In this document: piece after piece, positions 1 through 13,171 of the stretch
Numbering within the stretch: position 1 is the first letter of the stretch
Layout: every line of letters starts with the position of its first letter
DNA from: an uncultured Flavobacteriales bacterium
Lineage (GTDB): Bacteria; Bacteroidota; Bacteroidia; Flavobacteriales_F; PHOS-HE28
Reading direction: 5' to 3'
NCBI GenBank assembly: GCA_963814325.1
Contig: CAWFCK010000017.1
Location: 47,855 to 111,854, forward strand
Length of the DNA stretch: 64,000 nucleotides
Made by a program: the position numbers and the translations under genes
The notes under the pieces: model-generated
Database searches by the model: none
What the model saw: only the letters and a program-made list of their open reading frames with translations
What the model was told of the DNA's origin: nothing

Positions 1-204
1 TTTGGCGAACATCGAACGCAACACACTCTTGCGTGACATGGCAGCTATGCGCGATGCGCTCCGCCCGGGTGGCGTATTGCTGCTCAGCGGCTTTGTTGTT
101 CAGGATCGTGACGTCATGCGCGATGCCGTCGATTGCTGCAGGGCATGCATCACCGATGTGATCCGCTGGCCCAAGGTGAATGGGCGCTGATAGGTTGCAG
201 GTAG
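1..204 (+). CDS. prmA: 50S ribosomal protein L11 methyltransferase, 3' part (partial, frameshifted)
   Basis: LANIERNTLL...LRPGGVLLLSGF matches the PrmA C-terminal motif; an alternate frame ends GEWALIGCR* at 202-204. Confidence 0.8.
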
Positions 205-207
205 ACC

Positions 208-3200
208 ATGAGCATATCCAGCATGAATTTCCGGTTAAGGACAGGTCCAGCCGTAGTGCTGCGGGACTCATGGCCCTGTTCTCCACTTCGGCATCGGCAC
301 AGACCAAACCGTTCACCAGTCGATCAGGCCACCTTCCTGGCGGAGATGACCGCCTTCATGGAGGATGCGGACAAGAAGGAGGGCAAGCCCTTCATGGAGG
401 ATGACTTCGCGCCGGCATGGAACGGCACCTTCTACAACACGCGCCCAGCGGACGCGCATCGTGGAGGTGGCCAACTACATGCTGAAGAAGCGCTTCGAGG
501 CCTTCCCCGCATTCCGGGACTATCTCGTCCGCGCTGGCTGCCTTCGCGGCAGCCGGCGCAGTGCGCGACGGAGTTCGATGCCTGGATGAACTGCCTGGAG
601 AACGCCGGTCGCAGCACGCCGCAAACAGAACTTCGCGGACCTTATCGCCATGTGCGCGGGCCTGTTCAAGGACAACACATTCTACAAGAGCGCCAGCGCG
701 CAATGGCAGAGCAGCAGCGAGCCAGTTCACCTTCGCCTTCGACAGCATACCCAAGGTCATCTTCGCCGCGCATGGACCTGCGTTGCCTGGCCAAGGGCGA
801 CAGCGCGTGATCCGCAACACCAGCGGAGTCTACTATCCGACGCAGGGCATTTTCCGCGGCAAGGGCGGGCTACGTCACGTGGGAGCGTGCCGGACTGAAG
901 CCCGCGGCCACATTCGCCGAGTGGAACCAGTGCATACGAAGTGCGCGCTGAAGAGCTCCGACGTTCGAGGTGGACAGCGTGCAGTTCAACGACCCGTACT
1001 TCGAGCGGACCTTGATGGGCCGGGTGATCGACAAGGTGCTGGCGAACGTGACGGCGGACAACGCGAGCTATCCGCGCTTCGAGAGCTACGATCGCCGCAT
1101 GCGGATCCGCGACATCGTCGAAGGCATCGACTTCGAGGGCGGCTTCACCATGCAAGGGCGCCAAGCTGCAGGGCTATGGCACCAAGGAGGAACCCGCGCT
1201 TCCTCACCTTCTACCGCGACAAGCGCCCCTTCATCGTCACCAGCGGCCTGCTGTTCACCATCGAACCGGAGAAGATCACCAGCGAGCACGTGGCCTTGAC
1301 GCTGCGCCTGGAGAAGGACTCCATCTTCACACCCGAGCGTCAGCCTACGCTTCCTAAAGGACAAGAAGCAGCTCACCATCATCAAGAGCGATGAAGGCTT
1401 GAGCAAGGCGCCGTTCTAGGACAGCTTCCACCAGCTGGACATGTACTTCGAAGAGCTGCGCTGGAAACAGGGCGACCCGCTGCTGGAGCTCGGGCAACCT
1501 GCAGGGCAGCGCGCAGACGCGCAGCCAACTTCGAGAGCTTACAACTACTTCAAGCGGAGCGCTACGAGGCGCTCATGCTCGGCATCGATGCCATGCATCC
1601 GCTTGTGCGGCTCCGCGAGTATCAGCAAGCAGGCGGGGAACGATTTCAGCGGCCACGGAGTTCGCGGTGTTCACCAAGCTGCAGAAGCCACAGGTGATCC
1701 CCATGCTGATCGACATGGCGAACAAGGGCTACATCGATTACGATCCCGAGAGCGAGAGGTGCACGTGAAGCCGCGGCTGCGGCGAGCACATCCTGGCCAG
1801 CGCGAAGAAGATCGACTACGACGTGCTGCAGTTCAACAGCAATGCCGACGATGGCGTGAACGGCACGATCAACCTGTTGAACAGCGATCTGTCCTGAAAG
1901 GCGTGGCCACGCATCGTCATGAGCGATTCGCAGGACGTGAAGATCTACCCGGCCGGTCAGCGAGGTGACGGTCAAGAAGGACCGCGACTTCACCTTCGGC
2001 GGGAAGGTCAGGCGGGCAAGCTCAACTACTACGGCAAGGAATACTACTTCCACTACAAGCCCTTCATCATCGACCTGCTGAACGTGGACAGCGTGAGCTT
2101 CTATGCCGACAGCTTCGAGCCGGACGAGAACGGCGAGCTATGGACTGTGCGGGTGAAGAACGTGCTGGAGAAGGTCACCGGCACGCTCGAGATCGACGAG
2201 CCCAACAACAAGAGCGGCATCCAGCAGGTGATGCGCGACGGGAAGATGAAGGGGCGTTACCCGGCAGTACCCGAAGTTCAACAGCACACAGGAGAGCTAC
2301 GTGTTCTACGACCGCGGGCACATCCAGAAAGGCGTGTACAACCGCGACAAGTTCTACTACAGGAGCGATCCCTTCCAGATCGACAGCCTGGACGACTTCA
2401 CCAACACGGGTCTTAACGTTCAGCGGCACGCTCATGAGCGGCGGCATCTTCCCGGACATCCGCGAGCCCTTGACGCTGCAGACCGATTACGCGCTGGGCT
2501 TCGTGCGGCCAACGGGCGATGGCGGGCTGCCGCTCTATGGAAGAAGGCCACCTTCACCAACACCATCAAGCTGAACGACAAGGGCCTGCACGGCGATGGC
2601 GACATGAGCTACCTCACCACCACTGGCCAGCAGCAAGGACCTTGTAGTTCTGTCCGGACACCACCTATGGAGTTGCGGATACGCTATCGAACAAGGAGTC
2701 GGCAACGGCCACGCATGAAAGTGCCCAAGGTGCACGCGTCGCAACGTGTTCATCCGCCTGGAACCGGCGAAGGACGTGCTCTTGGCCAAACAGATCGAAA
2801 AGCCCATGGTGATGTACAGCGGCATGGCGTACCTTCATGGAAGAACCGAGTTAACGCCAACGGGCATGACGGGTGCAGGCCTTGTGGACTTCACCAACGC
2901 CACGCTGAAGAGCCGCCTGTACTCCTTCGAGACCATGAAACTGCATGCTGATACGAGCGACTTCCGCCTCACGGAAGGGGATACCGCGAGCATCGCCTTC
3001 CGCACGGATAACGTGAACGCCACGGTGAAGCTCGATGAGCGCATCGGCGAGTTCGTCAGCAACGGTAACGAGACCAAGGTGGAATTCCCCGTGAACCAGT
3101 ACATGTGCTACATGGACCGCTTCAAGTGGTACATGGACCAAGGCGACCTGGAACTGGAGAGCGATCGCAAGGTGGCCGCCGTGAACGAGGACCTGCAACT

Positions 3201-4732
3201 GTCCGGCACCAACTTCATCAGCACGCGTGCCGATCAGGACTCCCTCAGCTTCATGGCACCCAAGGCCCGCTATGACCTGAAGCAGCACCTGATCACCGCG
3301 AACGATGTGCAGTACATCGGCGTGGCCGATGCCTTGATCACACCGGACAGCAACCGCGTGCGCATCCGTCGCAATGCGGAAATGGACCCGCATCACCAAC
3401 GCGGTGATCACGGCCAACGAGGTGACCAAGCACCACACCATCTACAACGCCACGGTGAACATCAAGGCCAAGCGCAACTATAACGCGAGCGGCGACTATG
3501 ACTACGTGGATGAAACGAAGAAGGCCTTCAAGTTCCATTTCGCCAACATCAATGTGGACACCGCGTACCAGACCTATGCGCGTGGCCGCATCGGTGAGGA
3601 CGAGCGCTTCCAGTTGAGCCCGGCCTTCGACTACTACGGCGATGTGCTGCTACAGGCCAGCAGCAAGGAACTCACCTTCACAGGAAGCACGCGGATCCTG
3701 CACGACTGCCGTGGCATCGAGCGGAATTGGATGCGCTTCACCGGCAAGATCGACCCCAACGAGGTCTTCATTCCCGTGGGTGATACCATCAGCGATGAGA
3801 GCGGTGCCGATGTAGGCGCGGGCATCTTCCTGACCAGCGAAGATCCATACAAACCATATGGCACCTTCCTCAGTCGCAAGGAGGCCAAGGCCGACCGGGT
3901 GGTAATGAAGGCCAATGGGCTGCTGTACTACGACAAGGCGAAGAAGCAGTACATGATCGGTAGCAAGGACAAGATCCGGCAGTCGGACCTCGCCGGCAAC
4001 TTGATCAGCCTGGGCACCGAGAGCTGTGCGCTGCTCGCCAATGGCAAGATCGGCACCGGTACGGATCTGGGCCGGGTGGAAGTGGCGAGCTACGGCAATA
4101 TGGAATACCGTGGGGATAGCGCCCAGATCAAGGCCGACCTCTCGATGTACATCAACTTCTTCTTCCATGACAACGCGCTGGAGAAGATGGCCCAGGACAT
4201 CCTGGCCTATCCCGAGCAGAAGGCGGTGGACATCACCAAGACCCCCTACGAGCGGAGCATGCGCGAAGTGCTCGGCAAGGAGAAGAGCGATAAGCTGATC
4301 AGTGAGCTCAGCATCAAGGGCGAGATCAAGAAACTGCCGGACGAGCTCGTGAAGTCCTTGGTACTGGCCGATGTGAAGCTGCGCTGGAATGCGAACGAAC
4401 AGGCCTGGCAGAGCAGTGGCCCCATCGGCATTGCGACCATCCTGAAGAAACCGCTGTTCCGCGCGGTGAAGGGAAAGATCGAATTCCAGCGCAAGCGCAG
4501 CGGCGATGCCTTCACGATGATCCTCATGCTGGATGACCAGACCTACTGGTTCTTCCAATATGCCCGTGGTCAGATGCTCACCTACAGCAGCGACCCGGCC
4601 TTCAATACCATGCTGGCGGAGTTGAAGGAGGACAAGATGAAGCAGGAAAGTCGCAAGGATGAAGCGGAGTTCCGCTTCATGGTCACCAACAAACGCAAAG
4701 CGGACGAATTCCGCGATCGCTTCGGCCTTTGA
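208..4732 (+). CDS. Large (~1500 aa) exported beta-rich hypothetical protein, split by several indels
   Basis: Consecutive + ORFs (365-589, 561-1394, 970-1299, 1919-2416, 2301-2951, 2746-3483, 3374-4732) share coherent codon usage; signal-peptide-like LMALFSTSASAQ near 270-300; isolated TAG near 1418. Confidence 0.65.
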
Positions 4733-4735
4733 ACC

Positions 4736-5380
4736 ATGGACGCACACTGGGTGTATGCAGGGATTGCGATGGTGCTCAGTTACCTCTGCGGGAGCATTCC
4801 CACCAGTGTGTGGTGGGGCCGCGCATTCTATGGCGTGGATGTCCGCGAGCACGGCAGTCGGAACGCGGGCGCCACCAACACCTTCCGCGTGCTGGGGGTG
4901 AAGGCTGGCGTGCCTGTGCTGCTCATCGACATGTTGAAGGGCTTCGCACCCGTGCGCATGCTCGCGTGGTGGAGCGGTCTGGAGACCGACTCCGCGGACT
5001 TCACCTGGTTGCGCGTGGCCCTGGCCTTGGCTGCGGTCGTGGGGCACCTCTATCCGGTGTTCGCCGGATTCCGTGGCGGCAAGGGTGTGGCCACTTCCTT
5101 TGGTGGCATCCTCGCATTGCACCGCGGCGTGGCACTGATCTGCGCGGGCGTGTTCCTCTTGGTATACCTGTCAACGCGGTACGTCTCCCTGGGATCGCTG
5201 TGCGCTGCGTTGGCTTTCCCGATCTCGGTCTTCATCATGGTGCAGGACCGGCACGACGTGCTCCGCGGCTTCTCCGTGGTCATCTGCCTCATGGTATTCT
5301 GGACCCACCGAGCGAACATCGGTCGGCTGTTGAAGGGGGAGGAAAGCAAAATGAGCTTCTCAAGCGGTACGCACCGATGA
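4736..5380 (+). CDS. plsY: Glycerol-3-phosphate 1-O-acyltransferase PlsY
   Basis: SYLCGSIP, DVREHGSRNAGATNTFRVLG, GHLYPVFAGFRGGKGVAT and HRANIGRLLKGEE motifs. Confidence 0.95.
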   Translation: MDAHWVYAGIAMVLSYLCGSIPTSVWWGRAFYGVDVREHGSRNAGATNTFRVLGVKAGVPVLLIDMLKGFAPVRMLAWWSGLETDSADFTWLRVALALAAVVGHLYPVFAGFRGGKGVATSFGGILALHRGVALICAGVFLLVYLSTRYVSLGSLCAALAFPISVFIMVQDRHDVLRGFSVVICLMVFWTHRANIGRLLKGEESKMSFSSGTHR

Positions 5381-8300
5381 AACCAAATCGCAACCAAATG
5401 GGTTTAAGCCCCCACTCTCGGATGAACCGCACATTTGGACTGACCTTAGTGTTCTGTGCTCCTCTGGCCTTGGTGGCCCAGGGTGGCGATACGGAACTGC
5501 GCTCTTCGGCCGACGCCATGTTCGCCAAGGGTGAGTACGCCAAAGCATATGAATCCTACCAGACCCTGCTGGGGAACAACCGGGAGGATTTCGACCTGAA
5601 CTTCCGCTACGGCACCTGCGTGCTGCACGCCGGAGGGGACAAGGACGATGCGATCGTTTATCTGAAGCGGGCCACGCAAGGGCCCACGCCGCCTGCCTTG
5701 GCCTGGTATTTCCTCGGGAAGGCCTACCACCAGAGCTATCGTTTCCAGGAAGCGCTTCAAGCCTATGAGCGCTTCAAAGGCACCGCGGAGAAAAAAGTGC
5801 TGAATGAGCATCCTGTGGATGCACTGGAACTGCAATGCCGTAATGGCATGAACCTCCTGAGCAACCTCAAGGAGATCGACGTGCACAACAAGGTGGAGGT
5901 GGACGGCAACGAGTTCTTCCGATTCTACGACCTCAGCAGTATCGGTGGCCGTATCGTGGTGACACCGGACGAGCTCAAGAGCTCACTCGATAAAAAGCGC
6001 GGTGACCGGTCCCTGATCTACCTCTCCGACAAGGGAGGCCCCATCTGGTTCGCCAGCTATGGAAAGTTCGGCGACACGGGTCGCGACATCTACCGCACCG
6101 AACTGATGCCGAACGGTGAGTATGCCACGCCGGTGAAACTGGCGGGCTACATCAATACCGACCAGGATGATGATTTCCCCTTCCTCGCACCGGATGGCCG
6201 CACCTTCTTTTTCTGCAGCAAAGGCCACAACAGCATGGGGGGCTACGACGTGTTCCGCAGCACCTACGATAAAGGCCTGGATGTCTTCGGCCCGCCGGTC
6301 AACCTGGACTTCGCTGTGAACACGCCGTCGGACGAGATGCTCTACCTCACCGATCCGTCGGGTGCCGAAGCCTGCTTCGCCAGCGGCAGGGACAGCAAAC
6401 AAGGCGCGTTGAACGTGTACCGCGTGTCCACCTCGCAATCGCCGATCAACATCACCGTTCTGAAAGGGACGTTCGCTTCCGTATTGAAGCCGGAGGACCG
6501 CAAGGCCCACATCATCGTGCAGGATGCGCTCACACAGGCCGATGTGGCTGATGTGCGTACCGACATCAACGGCAACTACGTGCTCGCCCTTCCCAAGAGC
6601 GGACGGTACCGATTCCTCGTGGAGGCCGGTGATGGTGGCCGCACCCACGTGGGCTCCGTGGATGTGCCCCGGAACGATGCACCCAAGGCCTATCGCCAGG
6701 AAATGAGCCTCGTGGATCAGGGAGGGGAGAAGCTGCTGATCAAGAATTACTTCGAAGCTCCGCTGAACGAGGACATGATCGCCTTGGCGATGGACGAGAT
6801 CAAGCGCCGTGCAAGGCTTGATGTGACCGCGCCAGCACCGGCTGTCAGCGAGCAACAACCGCCGCCGGCCGCGGGTGGTGATGTGATCACGCAGGCCGGG
6901 TTCGCCGGAAATGTGTCGAAGGAACAGGCCGTGCAAATGGCGAACACCGATGCACAGGAACTCGCGACCCGTCAGAAACAATTGGACGAGCGCGCCGCGG
7001 TGGCCTTCAGTATGGCCTTGGAGAATGCAATACAGGCCGAGGTTCATACCCGGCAGGCCGAGGAGCTGATCGCGCAGGCCCAAAGCGCCACGGATGAGAC
7101 CGAGCGCAACCGCTTGATGACCGAAGCGGCCCGCCAACGTCAGCAGGCCCGCGCAGCGGATCGCCGGGCGAATGCCGCATTACAGGCCGGCAATACCTAC
7201 GATTCGGAGCGTGCGGGCATCTCGATCAAGGCCCAGAACGCGAGCAAGCTCGCTCTGGACCTGCCGTCAGCGCTGGCCGGTTCTGATCAGGCGATGGCCG
7301 TGGCCAAGCTGAAACAGCTGCGCCTGCGGATGGATGAGAAGAACGCGCCGGATGGTGCGATCACGGCGACCGAAAAGATGCGCCGCGCTGCAACGGACCG
7401 CGAACGCGAAGCTGCCCAAATGCTCCAGCGCGCCAACGCTGGTCGCACCGATGAGAATGAACTGGCCGATCGCGTGGCCCGCAAGAAGCGCGAAGAGCAG
7501 GAGGCCAAAGGAGGAAAGAAAGCCACCATCGCCGGCGAACGTGCCGAACTGGAACGCCAGATGGCGGCGCTGCACGAGGAGAACGAGGCCGCTTTCGCTC
7601 GCGCACGCGCTGCGGAGAACATCACCGCCACGGCGCGCGGACAGGCTGAACTGGCGAAGCACCTCGATACGGCACCACCGCCTGCAACGGTCACGGAGCT
7701 TACCCCGGAACAGGTACGACAACTGTCCGATCGCATCAGTGGCAATGGCATCCGCCTGTCGGCCTTGGCCGTGGATGAGCGCTATGAAGCGGCCATTGCC
7801 GAGGAGGCGCTCGCCGCGGAACGCACACAGTTCGATTGGACGGCCGCTCCGGACGCCAATGCCGGTGCACCTATCGCGGCAACGGCTGTGGCTCCAAGGG
7901 ATAACGCCGGTGTGGCAAGGACACAGGGCACCACGGTCACCCTCAGTCCTGCTGAACTGGCCGCACAGCGCCTGATGCAGGGCGGGCAGGTGCAACAGCC
8001 TGCACTTACGCCTGACGCTGAAGCACAGGCCCGACGTGAAGCGCTGGCGCAACAAGGCATCAACTCCACGCCAGTGGGTTCAGCACAGACGAGCGGCACT
8101 AACGCGCAGACGATGGCCGTGAGCCCCGCGCGCACGGATACCGACATGGCCTCGGCGCGTGGTATCGTTCCCTTCACAGCGGACGAGACCGGTGAGGTGA
8201 CGCCCGCGCAGCGCCGCATGGAGGATGGCGCGGTGCAGGATGATGGTCCGCTGGTGGCCGTTGCACCGCCCGCAACGCCTGAGGAGCGCGCGTTCGTCCT

Positions 8301-11300
8301 CTCGAATGAGCTCGCCGAAGTGCAACAGTTGCGCATGGCAGAGAAGACCAAGGCACGCAAGGATAGCCTGGACCAACGCATTGCTGCGATCAAGCGTGAA
8401 CTTGGCGCAGTGGCTGCCGAACAGGCGGCCATGACCGCGCGTCAAAAGGAGGGCAACACCGCTGATGCCAACGACACTTCACAAGGCACACAGGTCGGCA
8501 ACGCTGCCGAAAGCAGGGAGGAGAACGCCACGGCAACACGTCCGGCCATGGTGTTCCCCACCGATGCCACAGAGGGTTCGTTGATCGAAGGTGTGTTCCC
8601 GGATTACGTTGGCGATCGGACGCGCATGCGCGATCAGGTGACCGATCCGCAGGAACGCCGCGCCGCATTGCACGGATTGGAGTTGATGTTGGTGGACAGC
8701 ATCGACGCCGAGAACGCACGACAGCTGACCGCTCTGGAGCGCAGCCCGGCGGAAGCCACCACCATTCTTGCACGCGTGGATCGTTTGCGCCAGTTGAAGG
8801 AGCAGCACGTGCAGGAGGCGGATCGCGTGCTGGCCGAAGGCGACCAGGCATACGCAGCACAGGAATCGAAGGCCATGGAGGATGCGGTGATCGCCGAGGC
8901 AAGCCGACAGCAGAGCCGTGCGGACGGACCGGCCGCAGAGCAGAGCCTCACGCCGCACAACGATGCCTACGTGAAACTGTCCAAGGATCCCGAGGACATC
9001 TATTCCAGCGTGCTGGAGAACTACTCCACCGATGGAGATCTGCGCGAGGCGGTGCGCGAGCGCGATCGTGACCTGATCCTGATGGTGGATCTGGAGGATC
9101 GCATCGACTCCATGGAAGAGGCATTGGCCGCCATGGAGAACGGCAAGGCAGTATGACGCATTGCGCGAGAAGGCCGATCGCGTTGCGGATGATCACATGA
9201 TCATGCGCACGGAGATCGGTCAACGCACCGCGTTCATTATGCGCGAGGAGTTCAAGGCCGCACAGGACAGCGCCAAAGCCTTGCAAGGCAACATGAACCG
9301 CATGGGGCTTCCTGCCAACGAGCCCTTGCTCCTGATGGCGGGCAGCTACGAGCAGGAGGCCAAGCAAGGCATGGCCGGGGCAGCAAAGCTCCGGAAGGAG
9401 GCGGACCGCACGGAGAAGATCGAGGCACGTGACAGCCTGCTGCGCGCGGCCTACACCGAGGAACTGCTGGCCTTGAAGAACATGGACCGCGCGATCACCG
9501 CACGCAACTATGTCGTGGGCGACGATTTCAAGAAGGGCGAGCAGTTGAGCTATGAAGTGATCGAACAACGGATGTTCGGTGTACCCGCTCCGCTGTTGGC
9601 GCAGCAGGCCACCCCGAAATCCAACACGGCTGGCGACCAGCGCACGGGGGATGGCGCGCAGCCCAACAGCGGCGTTCCTGCGGCGAACACAACGCAACAA
9701 CCGCCTGTGGCTTCGCCAGCAGTGGGTGCTCCGGTAAGCGTGGATCCAGTTGCGATGGGTGATCAGCCACGGCCACCAGCGACCACCGGGAATGCCGCAA
9801 CTACAGGGAATACTACGACCACAGGGAATGCCGCGACCACCGGGAATACTGCGAACTCCGAGAACAATGCAGCAGGCGTGACCAATACTGGACCGGCGAA
9901 CAATGTTCCTGAAACCAACACTGCGGCTCAAGGTTTGCCTCCAGCGTCCAACACCGGGCAGCTTGCAGCTAGTACCACGGTACCGAACACAGCACGCACC
10001 ACTACCAGCAACCCGGTTCCGGGTACCACCCCGGCAGTTGCCGTTCAGCCGGCAGCTACTGCCGGAACCTCGGTATCCGCCAATACGGTCCCGAACACTT
10101 CGGCCAACCCAGTGGCACCCGCTCAGCCGGTTGCCCAGGGCGGTGCAGTGCCGCGCATGGATGCTCCCGTGGTCAGCAATGTGCCACCGCAGCAGACCAT
10201 GGATCCTGCGGCTGCAGCCCAGCGCGCACAGGAACTGGAGAACCTCTCCATTGCAGCGGCCGATCGTGCCAGCGCATTGGAGGACAGCGCTGCCAGGGCA
10301 CCACGCGCAAAACGTGAGCTGATGCTTCGCGAAGCCGTGAACCAGCGCCAGCTTTCGGATTCATTGCACATGGCATCGATGAAAGCCGCAACGGGTGCGT
10401 ATGAGATGCAGGCGAGCAACGAGAAGGCAGCGGATGCCGCCGAGTTCAACCAGCGCCTGAAGAAGTACTACTACCTGAAGGACCAGGAAGAAGCTCTGGT
10501 GATCAATTCGGATGACATGAGCCGCTACTTCGAGGCGCGTTCCAAGGCGCTGCAGCAGCGAGAAGAAGCAGTGCGTGCGCATGAGCAGGCCATCAGCACC
10601 AAGGCCTTGTCCGATACGTTGCTGGCCCAGAGCGGCGACATCCTGGCCAACCCCAACCCGGGAGGCGCGCCGTTGACCCCCGAACAGATGGCCACGGCAT
10701 CGCGCCTATCCGATCAAGCGGTCCGTCTGGCCCAGCGCGCAGACTCCCTGCGCCGCGCAGAGGATAGGCTGAAGATGGCGGCCACCATGAACGAATCACA
10801 GGCCGGTGCCATCCTGCAGGGTCTTGAGCCGCAACGCGGCACCGACATCATGGCCTTGGAGCAGCGCACCCGCCGCACCGAACCCGGTCTGGCCATGGCG
10901 CGCGCCAATGCCATCGACGCCTCCAACCTGGTGGTACCAGCCCGCCCGGTGTCCGCATCGGTTACGCCGAATACATCACCGCGACAGAACGCGGCCGACA
11001 ATGCAGCCCCCGCTGTCAGCGCGGCCGTGCCCAACCCGGCAGCACCCGCAGGGGACGCAGGCAGTGGGGCAGCGCCTCGTTTGCTGGCACCGCTCACCGC
11101 CGATCTCTTCGCGATCGACGCCACGAACGCCACGCCTGATGGCCCCATCCCTGTGGATGTACCCATGCCCGCGGGTGTTGTGTACAAAGTGCAGATCGGC
11201 GCCTTCCGTCATGACATCGCTGAAGGGTCCTTCGGTGATCTGGCACCGGTCAGCGGCGAACATGTAGGCAATGGGATCACGCGCTATACCGCCGGCCTGT

Positions 11301-11980
11301 TCACCACGCCCCAAGGTGCGGTGCAGGCCACGGCCAAGGTGCGTGACCAGGGATACCGCGATGCGTTCGTGGTGGCCTACCAGGATGGCCGACGCGTTCC
11401 GCTCGCAGAGGCCATGCGCGCCTCACGCCCGGCAGGAGCTGCACAGCCTCGGGTCACAGCAAGTATTCCCGCGCGCCCCGCCACGGAAATACGACCGGTC
11501 GTAACGCCGATCGCCGCTTCCACCTCGGACAGCGACAAGGCAACGGAAGCGGAAGTGCTCGCCAAGTACCCCGCCACACCGGAGCAGTTGCTTGCCCAGT
11601 TCGCGCCGCCCGCGGATGCCACGGCCTACTACAACGATCCCAAGGCAGCTCCGGCCCGCCAGGTGGAGACCGTCAAGGGCCTGTTCTTCACCGTGCAGGT
11701 AGGTGTGTACAGCAAGCCCACGGCCCTGGACAAGCTCTTCAACATCACCCCGCTCAACAGCGAACGCACCGAACTGCAGAAGATCCGCTACACCACTGGG
11801 GTATATGTGGACATGGAGAAGGCCCGTACACGCAAGGACCAAAGTGTTTCGCTTGGTGTAAAGGACGCCTTCATCACCGCCTACCTCAACGGCAAGCGTA
11901 TACCCATGCGCGATGCACGAGCGCTCATCGCCAAGTTCGGTACGGCGGTGTTCGTGGATCCGGCGATCGTTACGCGCTGA
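5377..11980 (+). CDS. Giant (~2200 aa) TPR + PD40 + coiled-coil + two SPOR-like domain protein (one frameshift near 9156)
   Basis: Signal peptide MNRTFGLTLVFCAPLALVAQ (ATG 5422); TPR AWYFLGKAYH; PD40 repeats INTDQDDDFPFLAPDGRTFFFCSKGHNSMGGYDVF and PVNLDFAVNTP; long A/E/R/Q helical region; C-terminal YKVQIGAF...GYRDAFVVAY and FTVQVGVY...GVKDAFITAY. Confidence 0.75.
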
Positions 11981-12020
11981 TCGCTGACGGCTGCGGCCCT
12001 ATTTTTGCGGTCACATACCT

Positions 12021-12308
12021 GTGACCATGAAGATGCACCTGCACCCGGAAGAGGCCTTGCTTCAGGAAGTGCTCCTGGAGGAAGGCCCCGTTAAGGAGAT
12101 CATCCTGCACAACGACGACGTGAACACGTTCGAGCACGTGATCATCAGCCTGATGGACATCTGCGGGCACGAGCCGCTGCAGGCCGAGCAATGCGCGTGG
12201 ATCGTGCATCACAACGGCAAGTGCAGTGTGAAGCGTGGCACCTTCGATCAACTGGAACCCAAGTGCACCGCTCTGCTCGATCGCGGTCTGTCGGCCGATA
12301 TTGAATGA
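12021..12308 (+). CDS. clpS: ATP-dependent Clp protease adaptor ClpS
   Basis: IILHNDDVNTFEHVI...QAEQCAWIVHHNGKCSVKRG. Confidence 0.9.
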   Translation: MTMKMHLHPEEALLQEVLLEEGPVKEIILHNDDVNTFEHVIISLMDICGHEPLQAEQCAWIVHHNGKCSVKRGTFDQLEPKCTALLDRGLSADIE

Positions 12309-13108
12309 CCATGAAACGCACCTTCGCCATCCTGATGAGCGCGATGCTCATCGTATCCTGCTCCAAAGTGCCCATCACGGGCCGCCGACAGCTCAACCTG
12401 CTGCCGGAGAGCGAGGTGATGGCCATGAGCCTTGGTGCATACCAGGATTTCCTGAAGGAGACCGCGCCCTTGCCGGCGTCGGACCCGAATGTTCAAATGG
12501 TCCGGCGGATCGGACAGCGACTGTCCGTGGCGGCCACGAAGTACCTCACGGATAACGGGGCCGCCAACCGGGTGGAAGGGTTCAACTGGGAATTCAACGT
12601 GGTGGATGAACCCACCGTGAACGCTTGGTGCATGCCTGGCGGGAAGGTGGTGGTGTACACGGGTATCCTGCCGGTAACGCAGAACGAGGTCAGCCTCGCG
12701 CTGGTGATGGGGCACGAGATCGCGCACGCCATTGCGCGCCATGGCAACGAGCGCATGAGCCAGGGTATGGCCGTGCAGGGCGCCGGCATGACGCTTCAGG
12801 TGATGGCCTCACAGAAACCGAGCCTGGCCAAGGACATGCTGCTGCAATCCTTCGGCATCGGCAGCCAATTGGGCATGTTGGCCTACAGCCGCAACCACGA
12901 GAGCGAGGCCGATAAAATGGGCTTGGTGTTCATGGCCATGGCCGGCTACGACCCGCGCAGCGCACCGGAATTCTGGAAGCGAATGGCGGCGCAAAGCGGC
13001 GGCGCGAAACCACCCGAGTTCATGAGCACCCACCCCAGCGACGAACGCCGTGTGGCCGATCTGGAGGCGTATATGCCCGAGGCCATGAAGTATTACAAGC
13101 CGCAATAA
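12305..13108 (+). CDS. M48 family metallopeptidase, lipoprotein
   Basis: Lipobox LIVSC; VNAWCMPGGK, HEIAH zinc motif, YSRNHESEAD, PEFMSTHP. Confidence 0.92.
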   Translation: MTMKRTFAILMSAMLIVSCSKVPITGRRQLNLLPESEVMAMSLGAYQDFLKETAPLPASDPNVQMVRRIGQRLSVAATKYLTDNGAANRVEGFNWEFNVVDEPTVNAWCMPGGKVVVYTGILPVTQNEVSLALVMGHEIAHAIARHGNERMSQGMAVQGAGMTLQVMASQKPSLAKDMLLQSFGIGSQLGMLAYSRNHESEADKMGLVFMAMAGYDPRSAPEFWKRMAAQSGGAKPPEFMSTHPSDERRVADLEAYMPEAMKYYKPQ

Positions 13109-13171
13109 GGGTAGCGAGATACCGTAATTCATCCGGGATACCCCATCCCGGCCCGCTATGTTTACCACCCG

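Noticed and set aside
1410-1425. In-frame TAG as stop-codon recoding or readthrough
   Set aside because: It is an isolated case in an error-rich patch (TAC expected), and TAG ends real genes such as prmA and ychF
4729-5376. N-terminal extension of the giant protein ORF
   Set aside because: It overlaps plsY in another frame; the real start is probably 5377 or 5422, where the signal peptide begins
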